DNA from: Candidatus Babeliales bacterium | GTDB taxonomy: Bacteria; Babelota; Babeliae; Babelales; JBFXEV01 | DNA: 64,000 nt | Reading direction: 5' to 3' | NCBI GenBank assembly: GCA_050179755.1 | Contig: JBFXEV010000001.1 | Location: 777,994 to 841,993 of the forward strand | Shown here: positions 1-9,387 of the stretch, piece by piece | Position numbering within the stretch: position 1 is the first letter of the stretch | How the letters are laid out: every line of letters starts with the position of its first letter | The notes under the pieces: model-generated | Databases searched by the model: none | What the model saw: only the letters and a program-made list of their open reading frames with translations | Told to the model about the DNA's origin: nothing | Translations under genes and position numbers: made by a program

Positions 1-399
1 GCCGGTGGTGGCACTATCTTTGTGCGTGCTCAAAAAGTAGTCAACTTAGATGCATTCTCTGGTGATGAAAAACTTGGTGCGCAAATTGTAGTACGTGCTC
101 TTGAAGAACCACTCCGTATTATTTCTGATAATGCTGGCTTTGAAGCTTCTGTGGTAGTAAATAAAGTTCGCACAGAAAAAGATAACATTGGTTTTAATGC
201 AAAATCAGGTGAATATGTGGATATGGTAGTAGAGGGTATTATTGACCCTGCTAAAGTATCTCGCACTGCGCTTCAGAACGCAGCATCAATTTCTGGTTTA
301 CTTTTGACTACTGAGGCTATCATTTCTGATATTCCGGAAGAGAAAAAAGAAACTGCTCCTATGAACCCAGGCATGGGTGGCATGGGAGGAATGTATTAA
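1..399 (+). CDS. groEL: Chaperonin GroEL, C-terminal part (gene begins upstream of window)
   Basis: [28 protein letters not shown] and C-terminal MGGMGGMY tail; frame open from base 1. Confidence 0.98.
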   Translation, partial: AGGGTIFVRAQKVVNLDAFSGDEKLGAQIVVRALEEPLRIISDNAGFEASVVVNKVRTEKDNIGFNAKSGEYVDMVVEGIIDPAKVSRTALQNAASISGLLLTTEAIISDIPEEKKETAPMNPGMGGMGGMY

Positions 400-433
400 T
401 TTATCGCGATCTCGCAATAAATTTTATATATTT

Positions 434-468
434 AAAGGGCTTTGCTTGCTAGCAAGGCCCTTTTTTTT
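434..468 (+). terminator. Rho-independent terminator after groEL
   Basis: aagggctttgct-tgct-agcaaggccctt stem-loop followed by T run. Confidence 0.85.
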
Positions 469-513
469 GATATACTCAGTATATGTTAACTGTTCTATGC
501 TGTGGAAAATACC

Positions 514-774
514 GTGATTAAAAAAATTATTCTTGTATGTGTGAGTTTCAGTATCTATTCAACTCATGCAATATGAAGATACACCACTACTGCTTGCGTT
601 ATTTGCATTACCAGTTGGAATTCCTGGTGCTATGCAGGAACACAAGACTTAATGAATGTCTTTGATTATGATACATATCTCGAGAATCAAAAGAGAGCCT
701 GCCAAGCAATGCAAAGAATATTATTTGCACGGAAAAGGAGCGTTTTTGAACAACTGACTATTAAAAAGAAATAA
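514..774 (+). pseudogene. Internally deleted remnant paralogous to the 866..1513 gene
   Basis: GTG start, VIKKIILVCVSFSIYSTHA resembles the neighbour's signal peptide; TGA at 574-576; later CYAGTQDLMNVFDYDTYLE resembles CFYYGIHDMFAAQDYEAYLA. Confidence 0.55.
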
Positions 775-865
775 ACTAAAATAATATAGCTCTAAGCTTG
801 ATTAAATTGTTAATTTAAAGCGGTGCTGTATAAGTAATACGATAATAAAATTATAAAGGAAAGTT

Positions 866-1513
866 ATGGTAGTTAAATATATCTTTTTATTGTTAAGTTT
901 AAGCATCTGTTCTTTGCATGCTATGGAACCGAAATCTGAAGGTCAAGGCATATTGAAGGTGTTAACTCAAGCTGGAATTGCAACAGCAATTGAGTGTAAC
1001 TCGCCCAAGGCTCTTGAAATTGCACTGAGTGCTCGCATCAGCGCTATTCAAGCTGTTTGCCAATCAAAACGTGATGAAGCTGTGCAAGAGCTTTTAGCAT
1101 CACAAGAACGGAATCGTAGCTATGTGTATAGAACTAAAATAGGGTCAATAGACAAGCAATTTGAAGCTGCTTGCAAAGAATTTAAAAATGAAGAAATACC
1201 TCAATATCTAAAATTGGCTCAGCACTTTGCAAAGCAACCGCCAAGCACACGTTCAGAACTGTTTGCAAGAGGAGGTACCATGCTTATTGCAGCTTTAGCA
1301 GGTACCGTAAAAGTGATTTGTGTAGATTTTTCTATTCTTGATGTTGCACTAGTTCCAGCAACTTTGGGATGTTTTTATTATGGTATTCACGATATGTTTG
1401 CTGCGCAGGATTATGAAGCATATTTGGCAAGCGAGAAAGACAAGAAAAAAAAGATAAAAAGTGGATTAAGGGCCGCCAAGGTGCCTCGTTTGAACGAGCA
1501 AACTAATAATTAA
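866..1513 (+). CDS. Secreted hypothetical protein with hydrophobic hairpin (signal peptide then MEPK)
   Basis: RBS aaagga; signal peptide ending SLHA; two-lobed hydrophobic segment near C-terminus; basic tail. Confidence 0.8.
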   Translation: MVVKYIFLLLSLSICSLHAMEPKSEGQGILKVLTQAGIATAIECNSPKALEIALSARISAIQAVCQSKRDEAVQELLASQERNRSYVYRTKIGSIDKQFEAACKEFKNEEIPQYLKLAQHFAKQPPSTRSELFARGGTMLIAALAGTVKVICVDFSILDVALVPATLGCFYYGIHDMFAAQDYEAYLASEKDKKKKIKSGLRAAKVPRLNEQTNN

Positions 1514-1537
1514 AAAATTTTATTAATCAATAATTGG

Positions 1538-2446
1538 ATGCATATGTTAAAAAAATTAGTCAGTTTAGGATTTATATTTTATGTATGCACCATAGTGCTT
1601 ACTGCATGTACGCAAGAAACAGTAGCAACGCGATTAAATAAGAGTTTATTCCAAGTAAATAGAGAAGGCACTAAGTTATTTGGCTATAATCTTGATCTAG
1701 AACTGGCACCAACTCAATCGCCCAATGATACAGAAATTACTATTTCCGCTCATGGCTATGGTTCAAATAAAAAGCGCGGTATTAATCTTGCAAAAAATGC
1801 GCCGATGAGCGGACAGATATTGACGTTTAATCTTCCTGATTATGATTGCCTTGATAGAAAATTAAAGGCGTTGAGCCATGGCACTATCAATGAAATTTTG
1901 CCATTTCTTTATGCTCTTAAAACAGTGCTTAATGCAGGAGCAAAACGCGTTAACTTATATGGTTTTTCTGCTGGGGGCGGCGTGATAGTGAATGCGTTAG
2001 GCATTTTAAATGGTACGCGTTTTGATGCAGAGCTTACAAAAATTGGTATTACAGGATCAGATAAAGCTGCAATGCTCAAAGCAGTTGAGAACGGTATAGT
2101 GATTCTTGAAGTGCCACTTAAATCTATGGAAGGCATTATTAAAGGTCGTGGCCCATCGCAAGAACTTGAGTATATTGCACGCCAATATAAAGAAAATAAT
2201 TTGCGGCCCATTGATACGCTTGCAGCACTTAAAGGGTTAAAATTACATATCATTGTGTATTTTGAAAACCCTGATGAGATTATTTATAATGATGATGATG
2301 CTGAATACATAGAGAAATTAGAAGAAGCGAATGCGTTGGGAACCACAAAAGTTATTTTTGGAAATAATGGTGGGCATAATAGTTATCATAAAGAACTATG
2401 GGATATGTATGCCGAATGTTTGTCCGCCGTAGTTTGCCGAGCCTGA
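1538..2446 (+). CDS. Lipoprotein alpha/beta hydrolase
   Basis: Lipobox LTAC; HGYG oxyanion motif; GFSAG nucleophile elbow; D and GGH catalytic candidates. Confidence 0.8.
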   Translation: MHMLKKLVSLGFIFYVCTIVLTACTQETVATRLNKSLFQVNREGTKLFGYNLDLELAPTQSPNDTEITISAHGYGSNKKRGINLAKNAPMSGQILTFNLPDYDCLDRKLKALSHGTINEILPFLYALKTVLNAGAKRVNLYGFSAGGGVIVNALGILNGTRFDAELTKIGITGSDKAAMLKAVENGIVILEVPLKSMEGIIKGRGPSQELEYIARQYKENNLRPIDTLAALKGLKLHIIVYFENPDEIIYNDDDAEYIEKLEEANALGTTKVIFGNNGGHNSYHKELWDMYAECLSAVVCRA

Positions 2447-2524
2447 AGGCCCGGATAAACGTAGGAGGATGGTCCGCCTTCGCTAATTTTCATTAAGTTT
2501 AGTGAGAATTAAAAGTTACGGCGT
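2420..2524. repeat. REP-like GC-rich palindromes (tccgccgtag...cgtaggagga family)
   Basis: Similar to motifs at ~6755, 54660, 58857, 59095, 59263 and 59519; supplies the last codons of the hydrolase. Confidence 0.65.
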
Positions 2525-2552
2525 TATATAGTGTGGTGTAAGGAGCACATAC

Positions 2553-3086
2553 TTATTGTTGACCTACAGTAACAGCTCTTTTTTTTGCTGGTAAATCAGT
2601 TTCAAGATCTCGTTTACGTTTTAGAGAGTCTGGAGCAGTGCTTGATTGAATGCTTGCGCCACCTATATCACGTTTATAGTCCCAGGTAGTAAAACATTCC
2701 GGGCTGCCATTTGTTATCATGCCATAATCATAACCACGTTTATGGCATTCAACCATTAACCCATCTTTATCAGCAGGTTGTTCAATCTGATTGCAGCGGT
2801 ATTGGCGACGTGTTTTAATATCATAGTCAAAAGTAATGCGATCATCATTACTTGCAAGCCAACCGCTATCCCAATCTTCACCAGCAGGGATTTCTTCACC
2901 GTTACCTATATCGATCACTACTTTTTCACCGGTAACGTTACCGTTTTCATCTACAATAGGTTTTCTTTTAAATTCAGGTTTATAATGCGTGCAGATGCCA
3001 GAAGCAAGGCGTTCAACGGCTTTTAAAGAGTTTGAAGTGGCAAAGAGGAAAGAGATTAGCATTAATATGGGTAAGAGGTGCTTCAT
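2553..3086 (-). CDS. Secreted hypothetical protein with C-terminal NLS-like motif
   Basis: Signal peptide; KRKRDLETDLPAKKRA near C-terminus. Confidence 0.75.
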   Translation of the reverse strand: MKHLLPILMLISFLFATSNSLKAVERLASGICTHYKPEFKRKPIVDENGNVTGEKVVIDIGNGEEIPAGEDWDSGWLASNDDRITFDYDIKTRRQYRCNQIEQPADKDGLMVECHKRGYDYGMITNGSPECFTTWDYKRDIGGASIQSSTAPDSLKRKRDLETDLPAKKRAVTVGQQ

Positions 3087-3232
3087 GGAAATGCCCTTTT
3101 TTAGGTTTTTTTAATAATTTTTTATGCAGGAGTGGTTATCCTGCCACCTTTATAATACCAAAAAATAGTTTCTATTTGCAATAGTGCTGGGTTGGTAGAA
3201 ATAGTTTTAAAAGATTATGAGTAGAGAGTTAT

Positions 3233-3809
3233 TGTAGAAGTTCCACTGAATATGCAAGAACATTATCTCTGGTGCCGCTACGCGCGGCGGCGCATGCCTT
3301 TTTTTGTGCAAAAAAAGGACGCAAAAAAGCACCAGCATTCTGCTGGACCATTCCGCTTGATCGCTGAGCGCTATACCTCACGTCGTTTCACGACGAGGTA
3401 TGCACGCAGCGCGCATAGGATCTACTAATAAAATTACATTGGGGGCCAATTGCTTTCCATCCACAGTAATAACTATAAAAATTAAAAAAGAAAATCCTAC
3501 ACGAAACGGTGGAGTCTAGTGAGAATTTCATGTAGGGAAATTCGAGATAGGCGTCTTCACCGGGAGATGGGGTGGTTAGGGGGCGAAGGCGCCCCTAACT
3601 GGTTTTTCTCCACAATCTTTTTGCCACCAAAAAGATTTGTGCGCTGCCACGCGTAGTGGCCCAGTGATAAGAAATCTGCAGAAATAAAGACTTCTTCTAC
3701 ACAAATATCAAAAATAAATGTTTGTATTTTGTCACCAAAAAGGCATGCGCCGGCCGCGGCGGGAGCGGCCCAGTGATAATGTTTTTAAATATTCAAAGGA
3801 ACTTCTACA
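3233..3809. repeat. Structured non-coding element cluster 1 (copy A + 3233-3435; copy B - ~3570-3701; partial copy C - 3737-3809), MITE/REPIN-like
   Basis: ~70 bp imperfect terminal inverted repeats tgtagaagttcc...ggaacttctaca; multiple GC hairpins; no ORF. Confidence 0.85.
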
Positions 3810-3876
3810 TCTAATAAAAAAGCGCCCTCATTCTTTGTAGAACGACGACGCTTTAAGATTTGTTTTAGTATATTTA

Positions 3877-4413
3877 TTAATCTTGGCGTTGAGACGCTTC
3901 ATCAAAAACAGTTTGCTCGTCACTTGATTTAGCCTTCTGCATGTGAGCCTTCTCTTGTTGAGCATCTTTGCGCTTACGAGATGTCACAGCTTCTGCAATT
4001 TGATGATAAGCAGAACCAACCGAATACTTTATAGTCCGAGCAATACCTTCTCGTTCTTTCCAAGCAGTCTGAGCATTTTTTGCTGTTTCTTGTGCCATAG
4101 TTTGAGCATTTTCAACGGTCATTGCATCTTTATGTTCCCAAGCAATAAACCCAACAAGCGCAAGAGCAACAAGGCGAGCAGACATTGGCCAACCGGGTTT
4201 TGCAGATTGTTTTTTTATTGCAGCATGTAGATGTTCTCTTGCAGTGTGAATTTGTTTATTGGCGGCATTAATTTGTTCGCTTAATGCGTGATATTTGCTA
4301 TTCAGTTCCCGAATGCCGGCTTCAATTTTTGCAGTAGATTGTTCTGTTCCTGTTCCAAATGCCAGTGTTGAAGCGCAACACATGAGTAATGTTAAATGTT
4401 TAAGAGTAAGCAT
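3877..4413 (-). CDS. Secreted/membrane coiled-coil hypothetical protein
   Basis: Signal peptide, heptad-rich helix, one internal hydrophobic segment; RBS aggag. Confidence 0.75.
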   Translation of the reverse strand: MLTLKHLTLLMCCASTLAFGTGTEQSTAKIEAGIRELNSKYHALSEQINAANKQIHTAREHLHAAIKKQSAKPGWPMSARLVALALVGFIAWEHKDAMTVENAQTMAQETAKNAQTAWKEREGIARTIKYSVGSAYHQIAEAVTSRKRKDAQQEKAHMQKAKSSDEQTVFDEASQRQD

Positions 4414-4483
4414 GATGCTCCTAGATGTTGTTATAAAATTGAAATTATAGCTTAGATTAACGATTTTGAGCTATTTTTCAACT

Positions 4484-6001
4484 TTAGAACGTGCCACCAA
4501 ATTTACCCCAAACTCCCCATTGAGTAAATGCTGTATTGAGTGTAGGGAATTCGCCAAATGCACCAAGCCCTGCAAAGAATGAGAAATATTTGCCTTCTGC
4601 CTTAAAGCCCACAGCAACGTGTGCACGATTAACCACTGCAGCACGAGCGCCACCAGAATAAAAATCTAAGTCTTGCCATCTGATAGGCACAAAGACCAAA
4701 TTACCATCTTCATCAACGTCATTATCTGCGAGGCAACTTATAGTGCTTTCACTTGCGGTAGGGCACACGGGCACGCAATTAACTTCAAGACCATCGGTGC
4801 CGGGCCCACCAACGCCTGCAAAACCAAATTCCTCAAGCCAAGGTTCTTTAAGGCGTGGCCACTCCGTGCTTTGCGCGTAACAACTATAGCCAAGTTGCAA
4901 TGCTACAAATTCATTATAAAATCGAAAACCGCTTGAGCCTTCAAAAAGGCTAAATGGTTCAGTGCGCACTCTGCGCGTGAGCACGTTTGCCGCTGGAATG
5001 CCACACTCACCATATATGCTATTAACCAGCATGTAGCGAGACCATGGCTTAAAGCGCACGTCAAAAGTGCGGTGTTGCGTTGCTCTAAATAAATACGTAT
5101 GTTCAAGATCTACGTAAAATGAAAATATGCGGCAATCGGTAGTGCAATTGAGCGGCATTTGAAAATTAAAACCAGAACCCATACCCCAGTGGTTATTATG
5201 CCCTAAAAAAGGATCAAATAAAAATTCTGCTTTTGCGGATTTTGCGGTGGGAATTAAGAGCATTGAATAGACGCCAAGCTCAAAACCATCATCTTTTAAA
5301 AAGTAGCTGCCGAGCCTGAAAATTATTTCAGGAACAGACGTAACACTTTCAGACTGTGTAGGGATTTTAGAAAAAAGAAGTTCAGGTCGATTGAAGGCTT
5401 GTAATAATGGCAGTGGTGCTCTGAAATTCATATCGTTTTTAACATGTTGCACTGGCAATTGAAATGAAAAATAAAAAGAAGATAACAACCAATTATCAGT
5501 AAATGGTTTAAAATCCTGTTGATATTCAAGATACGCTGCCCATTGCATTTGCTCTGGTTCAAGTGAAAGTACGCCTTCAAAATTTGGCCCTAATCCTAAC
5601 CATTCGGCACGTACGTCACGATTGATTGGTCTAACATCATCGCCTTTTACGGTGATGATGTTTTTAGGTTTTACATTAAAGTCTGAATCAAGTACATCAG
5701 TTCGTTCAGGCAAACCAAAATATCTGCCAACATGTTCTGAGCGATGTGCTTTTTGATACATACCCACCACTTGAAAAAAGCCGCCGTAGCAGTTTTTATT
5801 TGCCATAAATTCATGTGCTAAAAATTGGCGGGCTTCTATTAAGGTATATGCAGGGCGTGTAAAGAGGAATGTTTGGCTAAATTTTTCGTGTTTGCCGCTG
5901 ACTTTATATTTAAACAAGTATTGAGATGTTGGCAAAAGTTGATCTGCTATGATATTAAATGAAAACATGCAGAGTAAGGCACAGAGGCTGAACTTTTTCA
6001 T
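4484..6001 (-). CDS. Probable outer-membrane beta-barrel protein, Cys-rich (start likely MKKFSL at 6001)
   Basis: Signal peptide; aromatic amphipathic strands; C-terminal WGVWGKFGGTF beta-signal ending in Phe. Confidence 0.7.
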   Translation of the reverse strand: MKKFSLCALLCMFSFNIIADQLLPTSQYLFKYKVSGKHEKFSQTFLFTRPAYTLIEARQFLAHEFMANKNCYGGFFQVVGMYQKAHRSEHVGRYFGLPERTDVLDSDFNVKPKNIITVKGDDVRPINRDVRAEWLGLGPNFEGVLSLEPEQMQWAAYLEYQQDFKPFTDNWLLSSFYFSFQLPVQHVKNDMNFRAPLPLLQAFNRPELLFSKIPTQSESVTSVPEIIFRLGSYFLKDDGFELGVYSMLLIPTAKSAKAEFLFDPFLGHNNHWGMGSGFNFQMPLNCTTDCRIFSFYVDLEHTYLFRATQHRTFDVRFKPWSRYMLVNSIYGECGIPAANVLTRRVRTEPFSLFEGSSGFRFYNEFVALQLGYSCYAQSTEWPRLKEPWLEEFGFAGVGGPGTDGLEVNCVPVCPTASESTISCLADNDVDEDGNLVFVPIRWQDLDFYSGGARAAVVNRAHVAVGFKAEGKYFSFFAGLGAFGEFPTLNTAFTQWGVWGKFGGTF

Positions 6002-6134
6002 ATGATCCTTTTTTTTCTTCATAAGGTGAGTACGTGATATTAGCTTAGTGTCATTTTAGGTGATTGCCAAGTGCACGTTGTTTTACTAGAAGTTTGATTT
6101 TTCGATTTATTTTTTGATTTACGAAATAATTTTA

Positions 6135-7023
6135 TGTAGAAATTTATTCTTTCATTTTATGTAGCTAGCGCTGAGCGCCTGCCCGGCGAGGGCAAACTGT
6201 TTTGCTTGCCCAAAACAGTATTGACCAAAAGGGCACCAGCTCGCGCTGGGGCACCGGTGACGCCTAACTTTCCACGTATACAGCCTGCTAAAGCAGTCTG
6301 TAACGAGTAAAATAGGCTACCTAAAGTACTTTTACATTTAGGATTTTTAACAGACTTTTTTACAATCAGTTTTTCGCCTCAAACGGCCGGCTGGGCCGAC
6401 TTCATAAACTACCCTCCTTACTTTTCTCTTTACAGTGACATAGATGATTCATATTCAAAAGATTATTATGGCTTAAGATATGCACGGTTCATATGTGGTA
6501 ACATTGGTGGACTGCAATAGCGTGATGCTAAGTGAGCTATTCAGCTGCGTATCCCATTTTTAGGATAAAAAATATAAATTAACTAAAACAGGTGGATGTG
6601 TTTTTGTTTATTCTTGGACTAACATATTTTTGTAGCGCACCAGCGTAAGCGTTGTATAACATTCTATTGATAAGAAGCATCCCTTGAGGAGACCCTTAGA
6701 ACTTTTTTAAAGGTTCGCTGGGGGAGTTTATCAGCGCGGAGATACATAAGAACATCCAGCCTACGCCAATCCAGGCGTTCAGTTTGGTTGGTTACGGCGG
6801 ATAGGCTTGTTCTAAATGAAAAATTTTATTAGTGGTTCCTATGCGCGCTGTGTGCATACCTCGTCGTGAAACGACGTGAGGTATAGCGCTCAGCGATTGA
6901 GCGGAATAGTCCAGCAGAATGCTGGTGCTTTTTTGCGTCCTTTTTTTGCACAAAAAAAGGCATGCGCCGCCGCGCGTAGCGGCACCTGTGATTATGCTTT
7001 TAAATATTCAGTGGAACTTCTAC
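6135..7023. repeat. Structured non-coding element cluster 2 (copy D + 6135-~6265; copy E - 6822-7023)
   Basis: 6822-7023 is a close reverse complement of 3233-3435; block begins tgtagaa and ends gaacttctac. Confidence 0.85.
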
Positions 7024-7063
7024 GTTATGTGAGTCATACCTTTATATTTAAAAACCTTTTTTA

Positions 7064-8335
7064 TCAATCATCATCCCAGTCACTTGTCGTATCATCTGTA
7101 TCATATTCCTGCACCGCATAAGGAGCTGTAAATGCTGGATTATCCTCTATAAGTAATTGATCAGGAGCTTCCTGTGCTGCTCCTGAAATTTCTTTTTCTT
7201 GTTCGTCAAACGATGGCCAATTACAATCTTCTGTAGAACTATCTTGATTTTGGTTAGTGACCAGTTGTTCTTTAATAACAGTAATTTCTGGGTCTTCTTT
7301 ACATAATCTCATGCGATAATAGTGAGTGATAATTCGCTTATCATGTATTTCAGTTTCAGCGTGTTCGATTTTGGGTTCAAAATAATAGCCCAAAAGTTCA
7401 TCAAGATCATGGTAAGAAATTGTTCGGGATTCAATTTTTGGAGATGGTGCTGAAAGCTCTGTTGAAAGTAATGGAGGCGGAGATTCAGATTGCCGTGAGG
7501 GCGGGGGTGTAAGATAATAAGGGTGTTTTGGCATCTGGCTTGGTAGTGTGCCTTCATGATTTTCTAGGACCCAATTAATATTCGGAACTGTGTCTAATAA
7601 TTCTAAAAGATCATCACGTTTATGCATGTATGCATAATGAGCTGCACTGCTTCCCTCTTCATCTTGTGCATTTACATCGGCACCTTCACGCACAAGCCAT
7701 TCTATAATGTCAAAATTTAAAGGAGTTATTTCGAGCGCTTGATGAATCACCGTTTGGCCCCAAATGTTGCGCGTTTCTAAAGAAGCACCCTGTGCACGCA
7801 ATATCTCTGCTATAGTAAGATGCCCAAAGCGTACTGCATAATGAAGTGGGCTAGCTTGATGACCATCATATGTTGCTACTGATGCGCCATTATCAAGCAA
7901 TGTTTCCACTATGGTGCGGCGCCCAAGCCCTGCTGCAACACATAAAAGTGGATCATCGCGATCATACTGTTGGCCTGGCGTATTGAGCTCGGTAAAATTA
8001 AAGAGTCCCATAACAAGTGCTTCATCATCATCAGCATGGATTGCATTAATTAAGATCGTACGTGGGCTTTGTGCTTGTGGTGAGCGTGATTGCCGCCTTT
8101 GCGGGTTTTCATCATCAGATGAACCGCTGGAAACATAGTGAGTCTGTTCCATAATTGTGTTAATTGCTTCGTTGTAAGGCATTCGTTCTGGTGCCGGATG
8201 TGCAACAAGAAGAGGTTGCTGCTGGGTAGCGTCATCGGTAGCTATATTTTCAGATGAATTGGGGCGAACTAAGTCCATAGAATGCAATGAAAAGATAAAC
8301 GTGAGTATTATACAGGTGAATATGCGGTTCTTCAT
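7064..8335 (-). CDS. Secreted ankyrin-repeat protein with Pro-rich linker and acidic tail
   Basis: ASPLHYAVRFGH, GQTVIHQAL, GADVNAQDEEG ankyrin motifs; signal peptide then MDLV; ends SDWDDD. Confidence 0.9.
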   Translation of the reverse strand: MKNRIFTCIILTFIFSLHSMDLVRPNSSENIATDDATQQQPLLVAHPAPERMPYNEAINTIMEQTHYVSSGSSDDENPQRRQSRSPQAQSPRTILINAIHADDDEALVMGLFNFTELNTPGQQYDRDDPLLCVAAGLGRRTIVETLLDNGASVATYDGHQASPLHYAVRFGHLTIAEILRAQGASLETRNIWGQTVIHQALEITPLNFDIIEWLVREGADVNAQDEEGSSAAHYAYMHKRDDLLELLDTVPNINWVLENHEGTLPSQMPKHPYYLTPPPSRQSESPPPLLSTELSAPSPKIESRTISYHDLDELLGYYFEPKIEHAETEIHDKRIITHYYRMRLCKEDPEITVIKEQLVTNQNQDSSTEDCNWPSFDEQEKEISGAAQEAPDQLLIEDNPAFTAPYAVQEYDTDDTTSDWDDD

Positions 8336-8350
8336 AGCATCTCCTATGCT

Positions 8351-9244
8351 TCATTTTTCATATACAATCTCTGCAATAGCTTTACACGCATTTACTGCAT
8401 CAGTATACGATCGTTGAAATATATTGCGACCGGTAGCGCAACCAGACGCGTGCCCTTTTTTAATTTGATCGTTAAGTTGTTGCAAAAATAATTTAATGTT
8501 CATTACGCTACCACCAGCGCAGATTACTTTGGTGTTTCCAGCAGCTTGCGCAGCAACAGCAAGCCATTCTGTACTCGTTTTTTCTACATCACCAAGCGGT
8601 GGTTTAACTTTTACCACGTCTGCACCCAAACTGTTTGCAAAACCACACGCACCAGCGGTGATCATGCCATCTTGATCGTTTTGTATCGCTTTGCCGCGCA
8701 CATAAATCCAAAGAATAGTTACCAGCCCATGTTGATGTGCATTATATATAATTTGAGCTGCTTCTTGCAGCATATTATTTTCAAACTCACTGCCAAGGTA
8801 GAGGGTATAACCAATACCGCGCACAGGAATGTTGGCGCATTGTGCCCAATGCACAACTTGATCAACGCTCCACAAAGCTTTGCTTAAAGGGTCTTGCTGC
8901 TCAAGGGGCACGAGCGGGCTTTTGCCATTTAATTTGGCAACGTAATTGATGCCAGTATATTCTTGTGCATAACGTGCAATAAGGCCTGGATGCGTTGCAA
9001 GGCAACCAACCTCAGTGTTTTGAGCAATTTTAAAAATATGAGTAGGGTGCAGTGCATCGGGGTGCACGTTGCTGCCAAAAAAATCTTGATTAAGATGCTC
9101 CATTTTTTGGTCGCAAGCAAATACAAAAAAGCGCCCTGTGTTTTTGGTGAGTGCTTGGTAATTTTTAATAAATGTAGCATGCATTGCTTTTGGTACGTCG
9201 GCTGGTATTACAATATCTGCATCGGTGATAACGTTGCGTGGCAT
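8351..9244 (-). CDS. Class I fructose-bisphosphate aldolase, DhnA/FbaB-like
   Basis: DQKMEH, KLNGKS, WIYVRG, LGADVVKV (Schiff-base Lys), AGG, ATGRNIFQ. Confidence 0.9.
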   Translation of the reverse strand: MPRNVITDADIVIPADVPKAMHATFIKNYQALTKNTGRFFVFACDQKMEHLNQDFFGSNVHPDALHPTHIFKIAQNTEVGCLATHPGLIARYAQEYTGINYVAKLNGKSPLVPLEQQDPLSKALWSVDQVVHWAQCANIPVRGIGYTLYLGSEFENNMLQEAAQIIYNAHQHGLVTILWIYVRGKAIQNDQDGMITAGACGFANSLGADVVKVKPPLGDVEKTSTEWLAVAAQAAGNTKVICAGGSVMNIKLFLQQLNDQIKKGHASGCATGRNIFQRSYTDAVNACKAIAEIVYEK

Positions 9245-9387
9245 GATTTACCTTTTGTTAAAGTCTTTTTAGTTTCCTTTGTAATGATATATCTTATGTG
9301 CCGTAAAAATCCAGAGTTTGCGCCAATCATTGTTTTGGCTTTGCAGATTTTCGTATACTAAAGGTAGTTATCTTTGATGGAGCAATT

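Noticed and set aside
514..774. In-frame TGA as evidence of stop-codon recoding or selenocysteine
   Set aside because: Several intact genes here end in TGA (43866, 46868, 59955, 61164), and the ORF also lacks its middle part, so it is a pseudogene.
3233..7023. CRISPR array interpretation of the intergenic repeats
   Set aside because: Units are long, inverted and irregularly spaced, with no constant repeat-spacer period and no cas genes in the window.
6876..7121. 81-aa ORF on the + strand
   Set aside because: It lies in repeat copy E and antisense to the ankyrin gene end; no RBS or protein features.
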